Positions 1 to 9,898 of a DNA stretch of 64,000 nt are shown in pieces. The notes beneath the pieces are model-generated. The model had not been told where the DNA came from. It did not search any database and was given only the letters and a program-made list of their open reading frames with translations. The number at the start of each line of letters is the position of its first letter. Within the stretch, counting starts at the first letter, position 1. The position numbers and the translations under genes were made by a program. Origin of the DNA: an uncultured Gammaproteobacteria bacterium (GTDB taxonomy: Bacteria; Patescibacteriota; Microgenomatia; UBA10105; UBA927); the NCBI GenBank assembly GCA_964573695.1, contig CAZNKB010000001.1, positions 132,497 to 196,496 of the forward strand, in the 5' to 3' direction.

Positions 1-760
<760 letters not shown>

Positions 761-786
761 AGCTAGTTTAAAACTATGCAATTTCT

Positions 787-1512
787 CTAACTCGCAAATT
801 CATCAATCAAATTTCCCAAGTACCGGACCACGGGGATCACCGCAGAGTAATTAAGACGTGAAGGCCCGACGACACTAATAGCCCCTGATACGTGCGGCGT
901 TTTGAACTTGTAATAGACAAACCCGCATTGGGTGAGCGCCCCCGTCGACAGGTCGTCCCCAAGCAAAACGGAAAAAGGATCCGTATGAAGCTCCAGTACG
1001 CGCCACCAGAAATCATATTCATCCAGTGTACCCAATAAATCATGGGTAAGCTGATAATCATAAAACTCCGGCATATCCAGGATATTGGCAGCCCCCGAGT
1101 AGTACAAATCTCCTTCGTTGGTCGCGGTAATAGCAAGTGTTTTTGTTTTTTCTGCCAAGGCTTTTGTCGCTTCCCGGAGTAATTTATCAATCTCCTGACG
1201 GTAATTCCACACCTTTTCCTTGACTGCCACTTCCTCCGCCACAGAGAGATCCTTAGGCTTCATAAGCTGCTCCACATAATATTTAAGTGCGGCAGGCGTG
1301 GGAGTACGGCCGGACGAGGTATGAGGTTGATTTAACATACCGAGTTCAGTAAGGCGAACCATCTCGTTCCGGATAGTCGCCGGAGAAACCCCCAAATTAT
1401 GTTTCTTTTCCAGCGTTTCGCTGCCTACTGCCTCGGCGGTCGCGATATATTCGTCTATAATCGCCTTGAGAATTTGTATTTGTCGCGGTGTTAAATCAGA
1501 GATTGCATCCAT
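787..1512 (-). CDS. hrcA: Heat-inducible transcription repressor HrcA (short form)
   Basis: RQIQILKAIIDEYI..AEAVGS, SPATIRNEM, QPHTSSGRTPT and GPSRLNY motifs; CIRCE directly upstream; start placed at ATG 1512. Confidence 0.95.
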   Translation of the reverse strand: MDAISDLTPRQIQILKAIIDEYIATAEAVGSETLEKKHNLGVSPATIRNEMVRLTELGMLNQPHTSSGRTPTPAALKYYVEQLMKPKDLSVAEEVAVKEKVWNYRQEIDKLLREATKALAEKTKTLAITATNEGDLYYSGAANILDMPEFYDYQLTHDLLGTLDEYDFWWRVLELHTDPFSVLLGDDLSTGALTQCGFVYYKFKTPHVSGAISVVGPSRLNYSAVIPVVRYLGNLIDEFAS

Positions 1513-1513
1513 A

Positions 1514-1540
1514 TTAGCACTAATATACATCGAGTGCTAA
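1514..1540. promoter_or_regulatory. CIRCE operator (HrcA binding site)
   Basis: TTAGCACTA-N9-GAGTGCTAA, one mismatch from the consensus TTAGCACTC-N9-GAGTGCTAA; overlaps the hrcA promoter. Confidence 0.95.
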
Positions 1541-1550
1541 ACGGTGTCAA
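1522..1550 (-). promoter_or_regulatory. Sigma70-type promoter of hrcA-grpE-dnaK (nearly leaderless)
   Basis: TTGACA (1550-1545)-N17-TATATT (1527-1522), 9 nt before ATG 1512. Confidence 0.8.
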
Positions 1551-1622
1551 GAGGTTTTTGCCTGCTGTCAGATATCGTACTATTGCCAATCACGTGCCAC
1601 TCTATCATAATGGGTAATAGGC

Positions 1623-2675
1623 ATGAAACGAGTTGTTATTATTGTGGTTTCTTTGATTCTTTTTCTGGCAATTCCCGCCTCTGTCTTTCTCGCAATGCGA
1701 AACCAGGAGCTTCGGAAAAAGGCCGCTCCGGCAACAACGCTTACACTGACTCCCGCAGCACTTACAAAGGCGGTCGGTGACGAATTTACCCTGGAAGTAC
1801 ACATGGATACTGCAGACAACCAAATCGTCGCAGTCGAGCTCAACCTGACATTTGACGCTACCAAACTGCAGGCAGAATGGATTCATAACGGCACGATGTT
1901 CCCCAATATTCTTTCATCGGGTACCGTCGGTAACGGAACGGTTTCCATAGCGCTTGGAGCCACAAACACAACGACTCCTATTACCGGCACCGGTGTCGTC
2001 GCTACAATTAAATTTAAGGCACTTGCCGCAACGACAACCGCAGTTCCGGTACGATTCTCCTCCGATACATTTGTCGGGGCCCTGAATGAAGGAAGTACCA
2101 ACGCACTTACAAGCTCTACTCCTTCTAACATCACAATCACCGGTTCAGGAGCCGGCGGCACGATTACTCCAACGGTTATACCCACCGGAACAATCACCGT
2201 AACGCCGACAACAAGTCTGACACCGACGCTTACTCCAACCGGCTCAGCCTCCGATAGTGCAAGTCCTTCGGCAGTCACCATAGACAGCCCGGCAAAAAAT
2301 GCGTCGGTTGTTACGACCAAACCGACGATCGAAGGAACTGCCCCTGCGGGAAGTACGGTCACCATAACCGTATACTCAGATCCTATTACCGTGACGGTAA
2401 CGGCAGACGCAAACGGTAATTGGCAATATACACTCGCTGACCCACTCGCCAGCGGACCCCATACTATCGTTGTAGCAGCACAAGATCCCTCCACGGGAAC
2501 ATCTCACACGGCGACCCTTGCCTTCGTCGTAGCCACGGGTGATGAAAATGGCGCCTCGGGGAGCGCGGTACCGGTATCCGGTTCAATGGAAAATACGCTC
2601 ATCTTACTGGGACTCGGCGCACTCTTTATCGTCAGCGGATCTATCGTTCCGCATATAAGGAGGGCAAAAGAATGA
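1623..2675 (+). CDS. Exported cohesin-domain + Ig-like (Big) domain surface protein with LPXTG-like C-terminal anchor
   Basis: N-terminal TM then QELRKKAA; cohesin-like beta-sandwich (VELNLTFDATKL...VATIKFKAL); Thr/Pro linker; Big-like domain (PTIEGTA...ADANGNWQY..GPHTIVV); VPVSG + TM + RRAK tail. Confidence 0.75.
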   Translation: MKRVVIIVVSLILFLAIPASVFLAMRNQELRKKAAPATTLTLTPAALTKAVGDEFTLEVHMDTADNQIVAVELNLTFDATKLQAEWIHNGTMFPNILSSGTVGNGTVSIALGATNTTTPITGTGVVATIKFKALAATTTAVPVRFSSDTFVGALNEGSTNALTSSTPSNITITGSGAGGTITPTVIPTGTITVTPTTSLTPTLTPTGSASDSASPSAVTIDSPAKNASVVTTKPTIEGTAPAGSTVTITVYSDPITVTVTADANGNWQYTLADPLASGPHTIVVAAQDPSTGTSHTATLAFVVATGDENGASGSAVPVSGSMENTLILLGLGALFIVSGSIVPHIRRAKE

Positions 2676-4078
2676 GCATCTTCATGCGACAGGCCACAGG
2701 AAGAACGACCTCGATCATTTCGTTTTTGGGGCTCATTATCTTTTTGCCGCTTTTTATCATGGTAGTCGGACAAACGATTACACTCATGTCTCGCGCCGCC
2801 GGGAAACCCGCAAATATAATAGTAGACACCAAATCCCGCCTGGAAACGATCAAGACAGATTTCTACCACGCATTTGCACAGGGCGGAGAGGAGTCCAACG
2901 ACATGATCGCATCAGTAACCAACGACGTAAAAGCACTCAAACCCAAACTCATACGTCTTGATCATCTCTACGACTATTACCAGATTGTGGGAAGAAGTAG
3001 CGACGGACTCACATTCGACTGGTCTCGTCTCGATGCTGTAATCAATACCATTACGGCAACAGGGGCCAAACCCGTGTTGGCACTTTCCTACATGCCTGGT
3101 GTCATTGCAAAGGAAGGAAGCATCATAAACCCGCCGAACGACTGGAATGAATGGGCGCTCGTCGTGCAAAAAACGATTGAACATTACAGTGGAAAGGGAG
3201 AACGCAACATGAGCGGCATCTACTATGAAGTATGGAACGAACCGGATTTAGCCCAGTTCGGCTCATGGAAATTAGGAGGAGAAAAAAATTACCTGACACT
3301 GTATAAATACGCGGCAACTGGGGCAGCAAACGCCAAAAACGTCAATACGTTTTATCTTGGTGGCCCAGTCACTACCGGATTATACAAAAACTGGATTCTC
3401 GCACTTGTTGATTCGGGAGCAAGAATCAATTTCTTTTCTTGGCACTCTTACTTAACAAACCCGGAGCAATTTGCAACCGACCAGCGCAATATTATCCAAT
3501 GGCTGCTTCCCTATCCCAATTACACGCTATTACCTAAGCTCATTACGGAATTCGGATTTACCGGAAGTAAGAGCGCCGCTTACGGAACGGCCTACGCAGC
3601 AGCCCATGCAACGGCAGTCATCCGCCAGCTTATCTCGGGGGGACCTGCGTATCTATTTAGCTTCCAACTCAAAGACGGTCCTCTGCAATCCGACGGAACA
3701 GGATGGGGTCTCATAACACACGACGATAACGGGCTGAGGAAAAAACCCCGATACCATATCTACTCGTTTCTTGACGTCATGGCCGGAACGCGGTTACTTC
3801 TGACGGGCGAAGGATCCTGGGTCACTGGATTTGCTTCCGTCCGCGACGATATATCGCGACTGCTCCTTGTCAATTTCGATGCAAACGGAAGCCATACAGA
3901 GCAGGTACCCGTCCAATTTACCAATCTCGACCCGGGAACCTATACATTACGCCAACGGTTTCTATTCGGCAGAGACACCACGACGACGCATGAGGTAACA
4001 GCAAATGAGCCTCTCGCCACGGACGTGTTCATGTCTGCCCAAAGCATCGCAATTCTCGAAGTGAACAAACAAAAATAA
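2672..4078 (+). CDS. Exported glycoside hydrolase, GH39-like (clan GH-A)
   Basis: FDWSRLD, PPNDWNEW, YYEVWNEPD (acid/base), SWHSY and ITEFG (nucleophile) motifs; N-terminal TM; ATGA overlap with the upstream gene. Confidence 0.8.
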   Translation: MSIFMRQATGRTTSIISFLGLIIFLPLFIMVVGQTITLMSRAAGKPANIIVDTKSRLETIKTDFYHAFAQGGEESNDMIASVTNDVKALKPKLIRLDHLYDYYQIVGRSSDGLTFDWSRLDAVINTITATGAKPVLALSYMPGVIAKEGSIINPPNDWNEWALVVQKTIEHYSGKGERNMSGIYYEVWNEPDLAQFGSWKLGGEKNYLTLYKYAATGAANAKNVNTFYLGGPVTTGLYKNWILALVDSGARINFFSWHSYLTNPEQFATDQRNIIQWLLPYPNYTLLPKLITEFGFTGSKSAAYGTAYAAAHATAVIRQLISGGPAYLFSFQLKDGPLQSDGTGWGLITHDDNGLRKKPRYHIYSFLDVMAGTRLLLTGEGSWVTGFASVRDDISRLLLVNFDANGSHTEQVPVQFTNLDPGTYTLRQRFLFGRDTTTTHEVTANEPLATDVFMSAQSIAILEVNKQK

Positions 4079-4091
4079 GGCGAACTCATCA

Positions 4092-5744
4092 TCAGGAAAG
4101 TTTGTCCGAAACACCTCCATTGACCACTTCCTGAGCAGGTTCCATGAAAAAACCCCGCATCGCGTGAATTCGCTTGGTTACCGTTAGCACGGCGTATACC
4201 TGAGCTACCCCCAATACCCACGAGATGAAAAAATACGTAATAATCCCTAAGGTTGCGGAAATCCCGGTAAGCAAAATAAGACCGAAGGTTCTCGTTGTGT
4301 CAAACACAAGCTGATCTAATAGCTTGAGCGGAATATATAACGCAGCGCCCGTCACAAACGCAGCCACACCCATTTTTACTGCCGGGACGATAAGTACACG
4401 GGAAATGACACCTGGCATCTTTCTATCCAGTAAGTAAAGAAGAGCCAACGCGTTAATGATGCTGGCAACTGACGTCGATAACCCAAGTGACCAGACCGGC
4501 AGGTGAAACACGAGTATAAATAGCGTACTCAATACCGAATTCAATAGCACGGTAGCGATGCCGACGGCGACGGGGGTTTTGCTGTCATACAACGCATAAA
4601 AACCACGCGCCAAAATATGTATAAGTGCCTGTGCGAACAACGAAATGCTGAATGCCGAAAGCGTCATGCCTGTGTCTACCGTCGCCGCCCAGTCAAAATG
4701 CGTGGCGCCGAACACCAAACGCACCACGGGAATCCTAAGCACCATGAATAATACAGACGCCGGCAGAACCCAAAATAATATCTGGTGAATTGCCATATGA
4801 ATTGTTGATATGAAATCTTCGTTCTTGTCCTTGGCATAAAACTGGGAAAGGGCTGGCAAAGCTGCCTGTGCAATTGTCGTTCCGAATAAACCGACCGGCA
4901 GCTGCTGCAAGTGCTGGGCAAAATTAAATATGGTGACCATGCGCGCTCCCAACAAACTTGCAAGCACAAGATCAACCGTTATATCAATTTGTGCGATCGC
5001 GAGCCCCAATGTTCTGGGGCCCATGAGTCTAGCCACCTCACGCACTCCCGGAAGTTTATAATTTATCTCCCACGTGTGACGATAACCCAATCGAAGAACG
5101 AGCGGAATCTGAATCATAGCGAATAATAACGCTCCGATACCAACGCCGATAATAGGTCCCCACAACCCCCATAGAGAAGAAAACGCTATCGTTCCGATAA
5201 TAATCCCAACGTTGTAAAGCACGGGAGCAGCTGCAGGGATAAGGAATAAACTATGAGACTGCAGTATTCCCGTCAACACATTTCCGATAAGCAGAGGGGC
5301 CACCTGAAACAAAAGAATAAACCGTGTATACGTGCTCATCTTTATAATCTGAGCGTCTGTAAACCCGGGGGCCAGCACCCTCGAAACCCACGGAGCGGCA
5401 ACAAACAACGGAATAGCGATAACGACAAGCACCACGATACTCAGATTCATAAGGACGGTCGCAAGCCGCTGTGCATCGCGCTCTCTATTTTCGGAAATAT
5501 ATTTGGTGTAAACCGGAATAAATGCCGCAGTAAGCGCTCCCATAACCAACAATTCAAAGATGACATTGGGGATCCTAAACGCAGCGAAATACACGCCAAG
5601 TTCCTCCGGCGCAAAATAAGTAGAAAGAAGCCGGTCACGGATAAGTCCCAGCACGCGGGAAAGGAGTACCATGAGAGCCAATACGATTGCGGCAGAACCA
5701 ACGGTAGTTTGTTTTTTGAACGCAAGGCTCCAAAATCGCTTCAT
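4092..5744 (-). CDS. murJ: Lipid II flippase MurJ (MviN)
   Basis: SRVLGLIRD, AAFRIPN, GALTAAFIP, QLPVGLFG and FYALYDSKTP motifs; polytopic membrane protein. Confidence 0.95.
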   Translation of the reverse strand: MKRFWSLAFKKQTTVGSAAIVLALMVLLSRVLGLIRDRLLSTYFAPEELGVYFAAFRIPNVIFELLVMGALTAAFIPVYTKYISENRERDAQRLATVLMNLSIVVLVVIAIPLFVAAPWVSRVLAPGFTDAQIIKMSTYTRFILLFQVAPLLIGNVLTGILQSHSLFLIPAAAPVLYNVGIIIGTIAFSSLWGLWGPIIGVGIGALLFAMIQIPLVLRLGYRHTWEINYKLPGVREVARLMGPRTLGLAIAQIDITVDLVLASLLGARMVTIFNFAQHLQQLPVGLFGTTIAQAALPALSQFYAKDKNEDFISTIHMAIHQILFWVLPASVLFMVLRIPVVRLVFGATHFDWAATVDTGMTLSAFSISLFAQALIHILARGFYALYDSKTPVAVGIATVLLNSVLSTLFILVFHLPVWSLGLSTSVASIINALALLYLLDRKMPGVISRVLIVPAVKMGVAAFVTGAALYIPLKLLDQLVFDTTRTFGLILLTGISATLGIITYFFISWVLGVAQVYAVLTVTKRIHAMRGFFMEPAQEVVNGGVSDKLS

Positions 5745-5809
5745 AACTTCCCTATTATAGATCAGACGCATCTTGACCCGATAGTGCCAAGTACGGTATA
5801 CTTTCCCCC

Positions 5810-6043
5810 ATGCCGATCACGAAACAAGCATCAAAAAAATTACGTCACGACCGCGCAGTTACCAAAATAAACGCAAAAACCAAAGCGACGCTCAAATCCC
5901 TGGTCAAAAAAGCGCGGAAAACTCCGACGCAAAAAACGGTGACCGTGGCCACCAGTGCGCTCGACAAAGCAGTCAAACGCGGCCTGATCCACAAAAATAC
6001 CGCGGCGCGTACCAAATCGAGACTCTCAAAACTCCTCAAGTAA
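5810..6043 (+). CDS. rpsT: 30S ribosomal protein S20
   Basis: MPITKQASKKLR...LDKAVKRGLIHKNTAARTKSRL. Promoter TTGACC-N18-TATACT ends 7 nt before the ATG. Confidence 0.97.
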   Translation: MPITKQASKKLRHDRAVTKINAKTKATLKSLVKKARKTPTQKTVTVATSALDKAVKRGLIHKNTAARTKSRLSKLLK

Positions 6044-6100
6044 TATCTCGTTTGCCTCATAACCCCCGTTTCATTTACCCATTCTCCTTGTTATACTGGG

Positions 6101-6661
6101 ATGTGTATGCCTGCCAAAGAAATACGCATTAATCTATTGGGATCCCAGGATCTTGGTCACACCCCGTGGGGCCGGCTGGTGGAATGGGCCACTACCTATG
6201 GCCGGTATATCATGATCACGACGGAAATAGTGGTGCTGCTCGCGTTTATTTCACGCTTTAGTCTTGACCGGAAAAATACCGACTTAACCGAAGAATTGGG
6301 TCAAAAACAGGCAATTATCGAAGCCAATCTGGACTTTGAGCGGGACATCAAGTCACTGCAGGCACATCTGACGACCGCAAAAGCATTGCTTGCCAACCAA
6401 GCAAAACCGGTCGAGATGGTAAACACCCTTGAATCACTCATACCGGCAGACGTGTATCTTTCATCGCTTGATATATCGCGTGACAAAATAAGTATTTCGG
6501 CAACGGCGGGTACGACCAGTGGTTTTGCACAATTTCTGTCTAACCTGCAGTCGGTACAGATGATTCAAAACGTGTTGCTCGGCGACATCCGACGGGAGCC
6601 GGCAACGGGCATAGAGTTTCAGCTAACTGCGGACATTGCGGGGGCTGCGAAGCCTAAATAA
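6101..6661 (+). CDS. pilN: Type IV pilus assembly protein PilN-like
   Basis: INLL motif, single TM, coiled coil, IPADVYLSSL ferredoxin-like domain; followed by a PilO-like gene. Confidence 0.8.
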   Translation: MCMPAKEIRINLLGSQDLGHTPWGRLVEWATTYGRYIMITTEIVVLLAFISRFSLDRKNTDLTEELGQKQAIIEANLDFERDIKSLQAHLTTAKALLANQAKPVEMVNTLESLIPADVYLSSLDISRDKISISATAGTTSGFAQFLSNLQSVQMIQNVLLGDIRREPATGIEFQLTADIAGAAKPK

Positions 6662-6664
6662 CAT

Positions 6665-7315
6665 ATGATAAACCCGACCCAAAAAAGCACCGAAGGGCAA
6701 TTTCACCGATACTACCAAAAACTCTCGCCGGTTTTGAAAAAGCCGAAAATGCGGGCATCCACCACGGCGGTTTTTTCATTTCTCGCCATTTCTCTTTTTG
6801 CATGGTATGCCATACGGCCGACTGCGCAGACCATCATATTCCTACGACGTGAAATAGCGGACAAAACAGTGCTCAATGAACAAATGGAAAACAAAATAAC
6901 AGCATTAATCGAAGCACAGGCAACATATGAAACGATCAAAGACCGGCTTTCTGTCATCGAACAGGCTCTTCCGAATAATCCGGACGGCGTTATTCTTGCA
7001 CGTCAACTGAGGAATCTCGCCGTCGTTTCCGGCGCCTCCATTTCTGCAATTCAAATTCCCAGCTTACCGATATTGGGTCAGGAAGCTACCCCAGGAGCTA
7101 AACTCGCGCAACAAAAACCCATGGATCAATTTCCGGTAAGCCTTGTTATTTCTGGTTCATATGTTTCGCTCAAGCAATTTATGGATGGATTACTCACGCT
7201 CCGACGTATTACCGGCATCGATGCAATTACCATTAAACCGGCATTACGTCAGGGTCTTGCGGGAGATGCATTACAATTAACTATTCGATTACAATCGTAT
7301 TATCTGACGAAATAA
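6665..7315 (+). CDS. pilO: Type IV pilus assembly protein PilO-like
   Basis: TM, coiled coil, ALP, and GSYVSLKQFMDGLLTLRRITGID C-terminal motif. Confidence 0.8.
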   Translation: MINPTQKSTEGQFHRYYQKLSPVLKKPKMRASTTAVFSFLAISLFAWYAIRPTAQTIIFLRREIADKTVLNEQMENKITALIEAQATYETIKDRLSVIEQALPNNPDGVILARQLRNLAVVSGASISAIQIPSLPILGQEATPGAKLAQQKPMDQFPVSLVISGSYVSLKQFMDGLLTLRRITGIDAITIKPALRQGLAGDALQLTIRLQSYYLTK

Positions 7316-7321
7316 ATATAT

Positions 7322-7519
7322 ATGGACGAAGACAGGGATTTATTGCTCGTTGCGGTATTTACTACCCTTACGATATTTTTGTGGGTATTTTTTGAATTGG
7401 TAAAAACATCCAAAACTTCTTCCGTCGCCCGTCCGCTACAGCAGGCAGTAAGCCCGCTCTCGAGTAAAATAGATATATCAGTCATCGATGAGTTAGAAAA
7501 AAGAAGCACCATGGATTAA
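7322..7519 (+). CDS. Small single-pass membrane protein (possible PilP-position accessory)
   Basis: 65-aa ORF with one TM, packed tightly between pilO and the next gene. Confidence 0.6.
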   Translation: MDEDRDLLLVAVFTTLTIFLWVFFELVKTSKTSSVARPLQQAVSPLSSKIDISVIDELEKRSTMD

Positions 7520-7527
7520 CAACCGCT

Positions 7528-8805
7528 ATGCACGAAAAAAAAATACCCACTATTATCGGACTTTTGCTTGTAGGCCTTGCGGTCATGGTATTCCGTTTCG
7601 CATTTGACCGTGTCAGCCCGCTGCTTACAAAAGCCTCGGCAACCCTTACTCCGCAGCACGTTACTGTGAGTAACATCTCCGACACAGCCTTTACGGTGTC
7701 GTGGATCACTGCTGAGCCAACCACCGGAGCCCTTATCCTCGACGGCATTAAGGCACCGGTATACGACGATCGATTTTCTAGTCCGGCTGGACCGAACAAT
7801 AATAATCAAACATTTCTTACCCATATGATATCGGTACGAAATCTCAAACCCGAAACTACCTATCACCTGCGCTTGTTATCCGGGGGGAAAACGTTCCTTA
7901 ATAACGGCAATCCCTTTGAAATCAGAACGGCATCTGCGCTTACCGGAACAGGAACGAATCTGGAACCGGCATATGGCCAAGTCACAACACAAAGCGGAAA
8001 CCCTGCGGAAGGAGCCCTCGTCTATCTTACCCTTGAGGGTGGTCAGATATTATCAACTATAGTAAACGCCTCGGGCTCCTGGGTCATTCCGCTAAATCTC
8101 GTCCGCACGCAGGATCTTTCCGCGTACATAGCGCTTTCCGAGCGCATGGACGAATCCATTACCATACGCTCGTCCGAGGGAGAAGCAAGCGCGCTTACCG
8201 ATAATCTCAACGATAATCCTGTACCCGCTATGACAATCGGCAAAACATATGATTTCCGCAAACTTCAGGCACAACAAAATCAAAACCGACCACTGGCGGC
8301 CGTCTCTCCCGTCGTACTCGGGACAAATACCGCAATCACGAACCCGGCCGTTGCAATCGTCAAACCGGCACAGGGATCAGCGATCCCCTCAAATCTACCG
8401 CTCATCCAGGGAACGGGCGTTCCCGGCAATACTGTCCTTATCATATTGGGCCTTACGCATCCTATGAGCACCACAGTGACAGTGGGGCCGGACGGCATCT
8501 GGAGATACACTCCGCTTGTCCCACTTATGGAAGGCAAACAAAGCGTCACCATTACGACAAACGACCAGCGCGGACAAACAAAAGCACTTACTCACACATT
8601 TGAAGTACTCAAAAGCGGAACACAGGTGTTAGGAGACGCCACACCTTCTGCAACACTTGAACCTACGCCCACATTAGACGCTACTCCGACTACGACGCTA
8701 TCAGGTGAACCCATGCCGACAAGCGGTAATGAGATGCCGCTCATGATGCTTCTCATGCTGGGAGGCATGCTTATTATAGGAGGAACAAGCTTGTTAATAC
8801 TTTAA
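7528..8805 (+). CDS. Exported Fn3-like + Ig-like domain surface protein with LPXTG-like anchor
   Basis: TM then LLTKAS; VSNISDTAFTVSWIT/NLKPETTY Fn3-like domain; Big-like domain (PLIQGTG..DGIWRY); MPTSG + C-terminal TM. Confidence 0.75.
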   Translation: MHEKKIPTIIGLLLVGLAVMVFRFAFDRVSPLLTKASATLTPQHVTVSNISDTAFTVSWITAEPTTGALILDGIKAPVYDDRFSSPAGPNNNNQTFLTHMISVRNLKPETTYHLRLLSGGKTFLNNGNPFEIRTASALTGTGTNLEPAYGQVTTQSGNPAEGALVYLTLEGGQILSTIVNASGSWVIPLNLVRTQDLSAYIALSERMDESITIRSSEGEASALTDNLNDNPVPAMTIGKTYDFRKLQAQQNQNRPLAAVSPVVLGTNTAITNPAVAIVKPAQGSAIPSNLPLIQGTGVPGNTVLIILGLTHPMSTTVTVGPDGIWRYTPLVPLMEGKQSVTITTNDQRGQTKALTHTFEVLKSGTQVLGDATPSATLEPTPTLDATPTTTLSGEPMPTSGNEMPLMMLLMLGGMLIIGGTSLLIL

Positions 8806-8916
8806 AAGTGGTAAATAAAAAAACTACTTGCTTACTGGTAATTTTTCGCGTACTCTTAAAGTATTAGGATAAATAACTTAGCGGTGTGTGTTGTGTGACG
8901 AATTTATACGAACACT

Positions 8917-9897
8917 ATGGCTGACGATATTCTCGATGCAGCAAAACAAACAGGACAGGATCCGAACCCGCCAGAACCGGTGACAACGGAAGGACCTGTT
9001 GCTCCTCTGGTTACTCCACTTCCTGCTGATCCCGCTCCCGATGCACCGGCTGAGCCCGAAAACATTTCTGCGCCCGATGCTGCGGCCGCCGTGGAAAACA
9101 TCCTCGGGACGCCTAGTAACCCCGAACCGCTCGTTCCCGCAGTTCGAACCAAGCATTCTACAAACTCCAAAAAGGGACCGAATCGAGGACTCATACTTGG
9201 AATACTCGCGTTATTACTTTTGATCACTCCTGTCGGCGTATTCTTCATCTCCCAACGAAATCAGCAACTCACTGACGTACGAAGCAGGGCGACGGGCACG
9301 AGTTATCCAGGATGCAGAACAGGGGCCGGTTTTTCATGCTGTATAAACGACCCCAGCTCGTGTGGTGGCAACCCGAGCGCATGTCACTGCGGTGGCGGGG
9401 ACGCATGTAGCAGTACATCCTGTGAAGATCTTCAAGGATCATGTGAAGCGCAAGGAAGAGATTGGACAGAAAATATGAACGGGTATGGAATGACGTGTTG
9501 CGCTGTGGGCTATGTTGACAATCCGAATGGAAACGGCTGTGTACCTGGTAATGGAGACAATGGTGACGACAACGGTGACGACAATGGAGACGACACCACG
9601 AATCCTACACCAACACCAACAACAGGCACGACCCCGGTTTGTCAGAATATCAAACTCTACAAAGGCGGCACGCAGGTTACTGACCTATCCACACTTCGCG
9701 CTGGAGACGATGTCGTACTTGCCGTCAAAGGAAATATGTCTCCTACCAAAGCACACTTCCGGGTCAACGGCAGCAGCTGGACAGAAACCACAACACAAAA
9801 TGCAAGCGGTGAATTTACCTGGAGCTACACGATCCCGGAGGGGATTACTGACTTTGTCATAGAAGGAGAAGTATTTACCAACGGAGCATGGAGATAA
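8917..9897 (+). CDS. Membrane-anchored protein: Pro-rich N-terminus, Cys-rich module, Asp/Asn repeat, C-terminal Ig-like domain
   Basis: About 90-aa Pro/Ala/acidic N-terminus, TM, DVRSRAT, 12-Cys segment, (GDDN)n repeat, PT linker, beta domain. Confidence 0.7.
   Translation: MADDILDAAKQTGQDPNPPEPVTTEGPVAPLVTPLPADPAPDAPAEPENISAPDAAAAVENILGTPSNPEPLVPAVRTKHSTNSKKGPNRGLILGILALLLLITPVGVFFISQRNQQLTDVRSRATGTSYPGCRTGAGFSCCINDPSSCGGNPSACHCGGGDACSSTSCEDLQGSCEAQGRDWTENMNGYGMTCCAVGYVDNPNGNGCVPGNGDNGDDNGDDNGDDTTNPTPTPTTGTTPVCQNIKLYKGGTQVTDLSTLRAGDDVVLAVKGNMSPTKAHFRVNGSSWTETTTQNASGEFTWSYTIPEGITDFVIEGEVFTNGAWR
9547..9594 (+). repeat. 12-bp coding tandem repeat (Gly-Asp-Asp-Asn)
   Basis: ggtaatggagacaatggtgacgacaacggtgacgacaatggagacgac, encoding GNGDNGDDNGDDNGDD. 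Confidence 0.8.
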
Positions 9898-9898
9898 T

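Noticed and set aside
1883-2494. 203-aa minus-strand ORF, and similar Val/Gly-rich ORFs at 9970-10254 and 30194-30970
   Set aside because: Antisense shadows of Thr/Pro-rich coding sequence.
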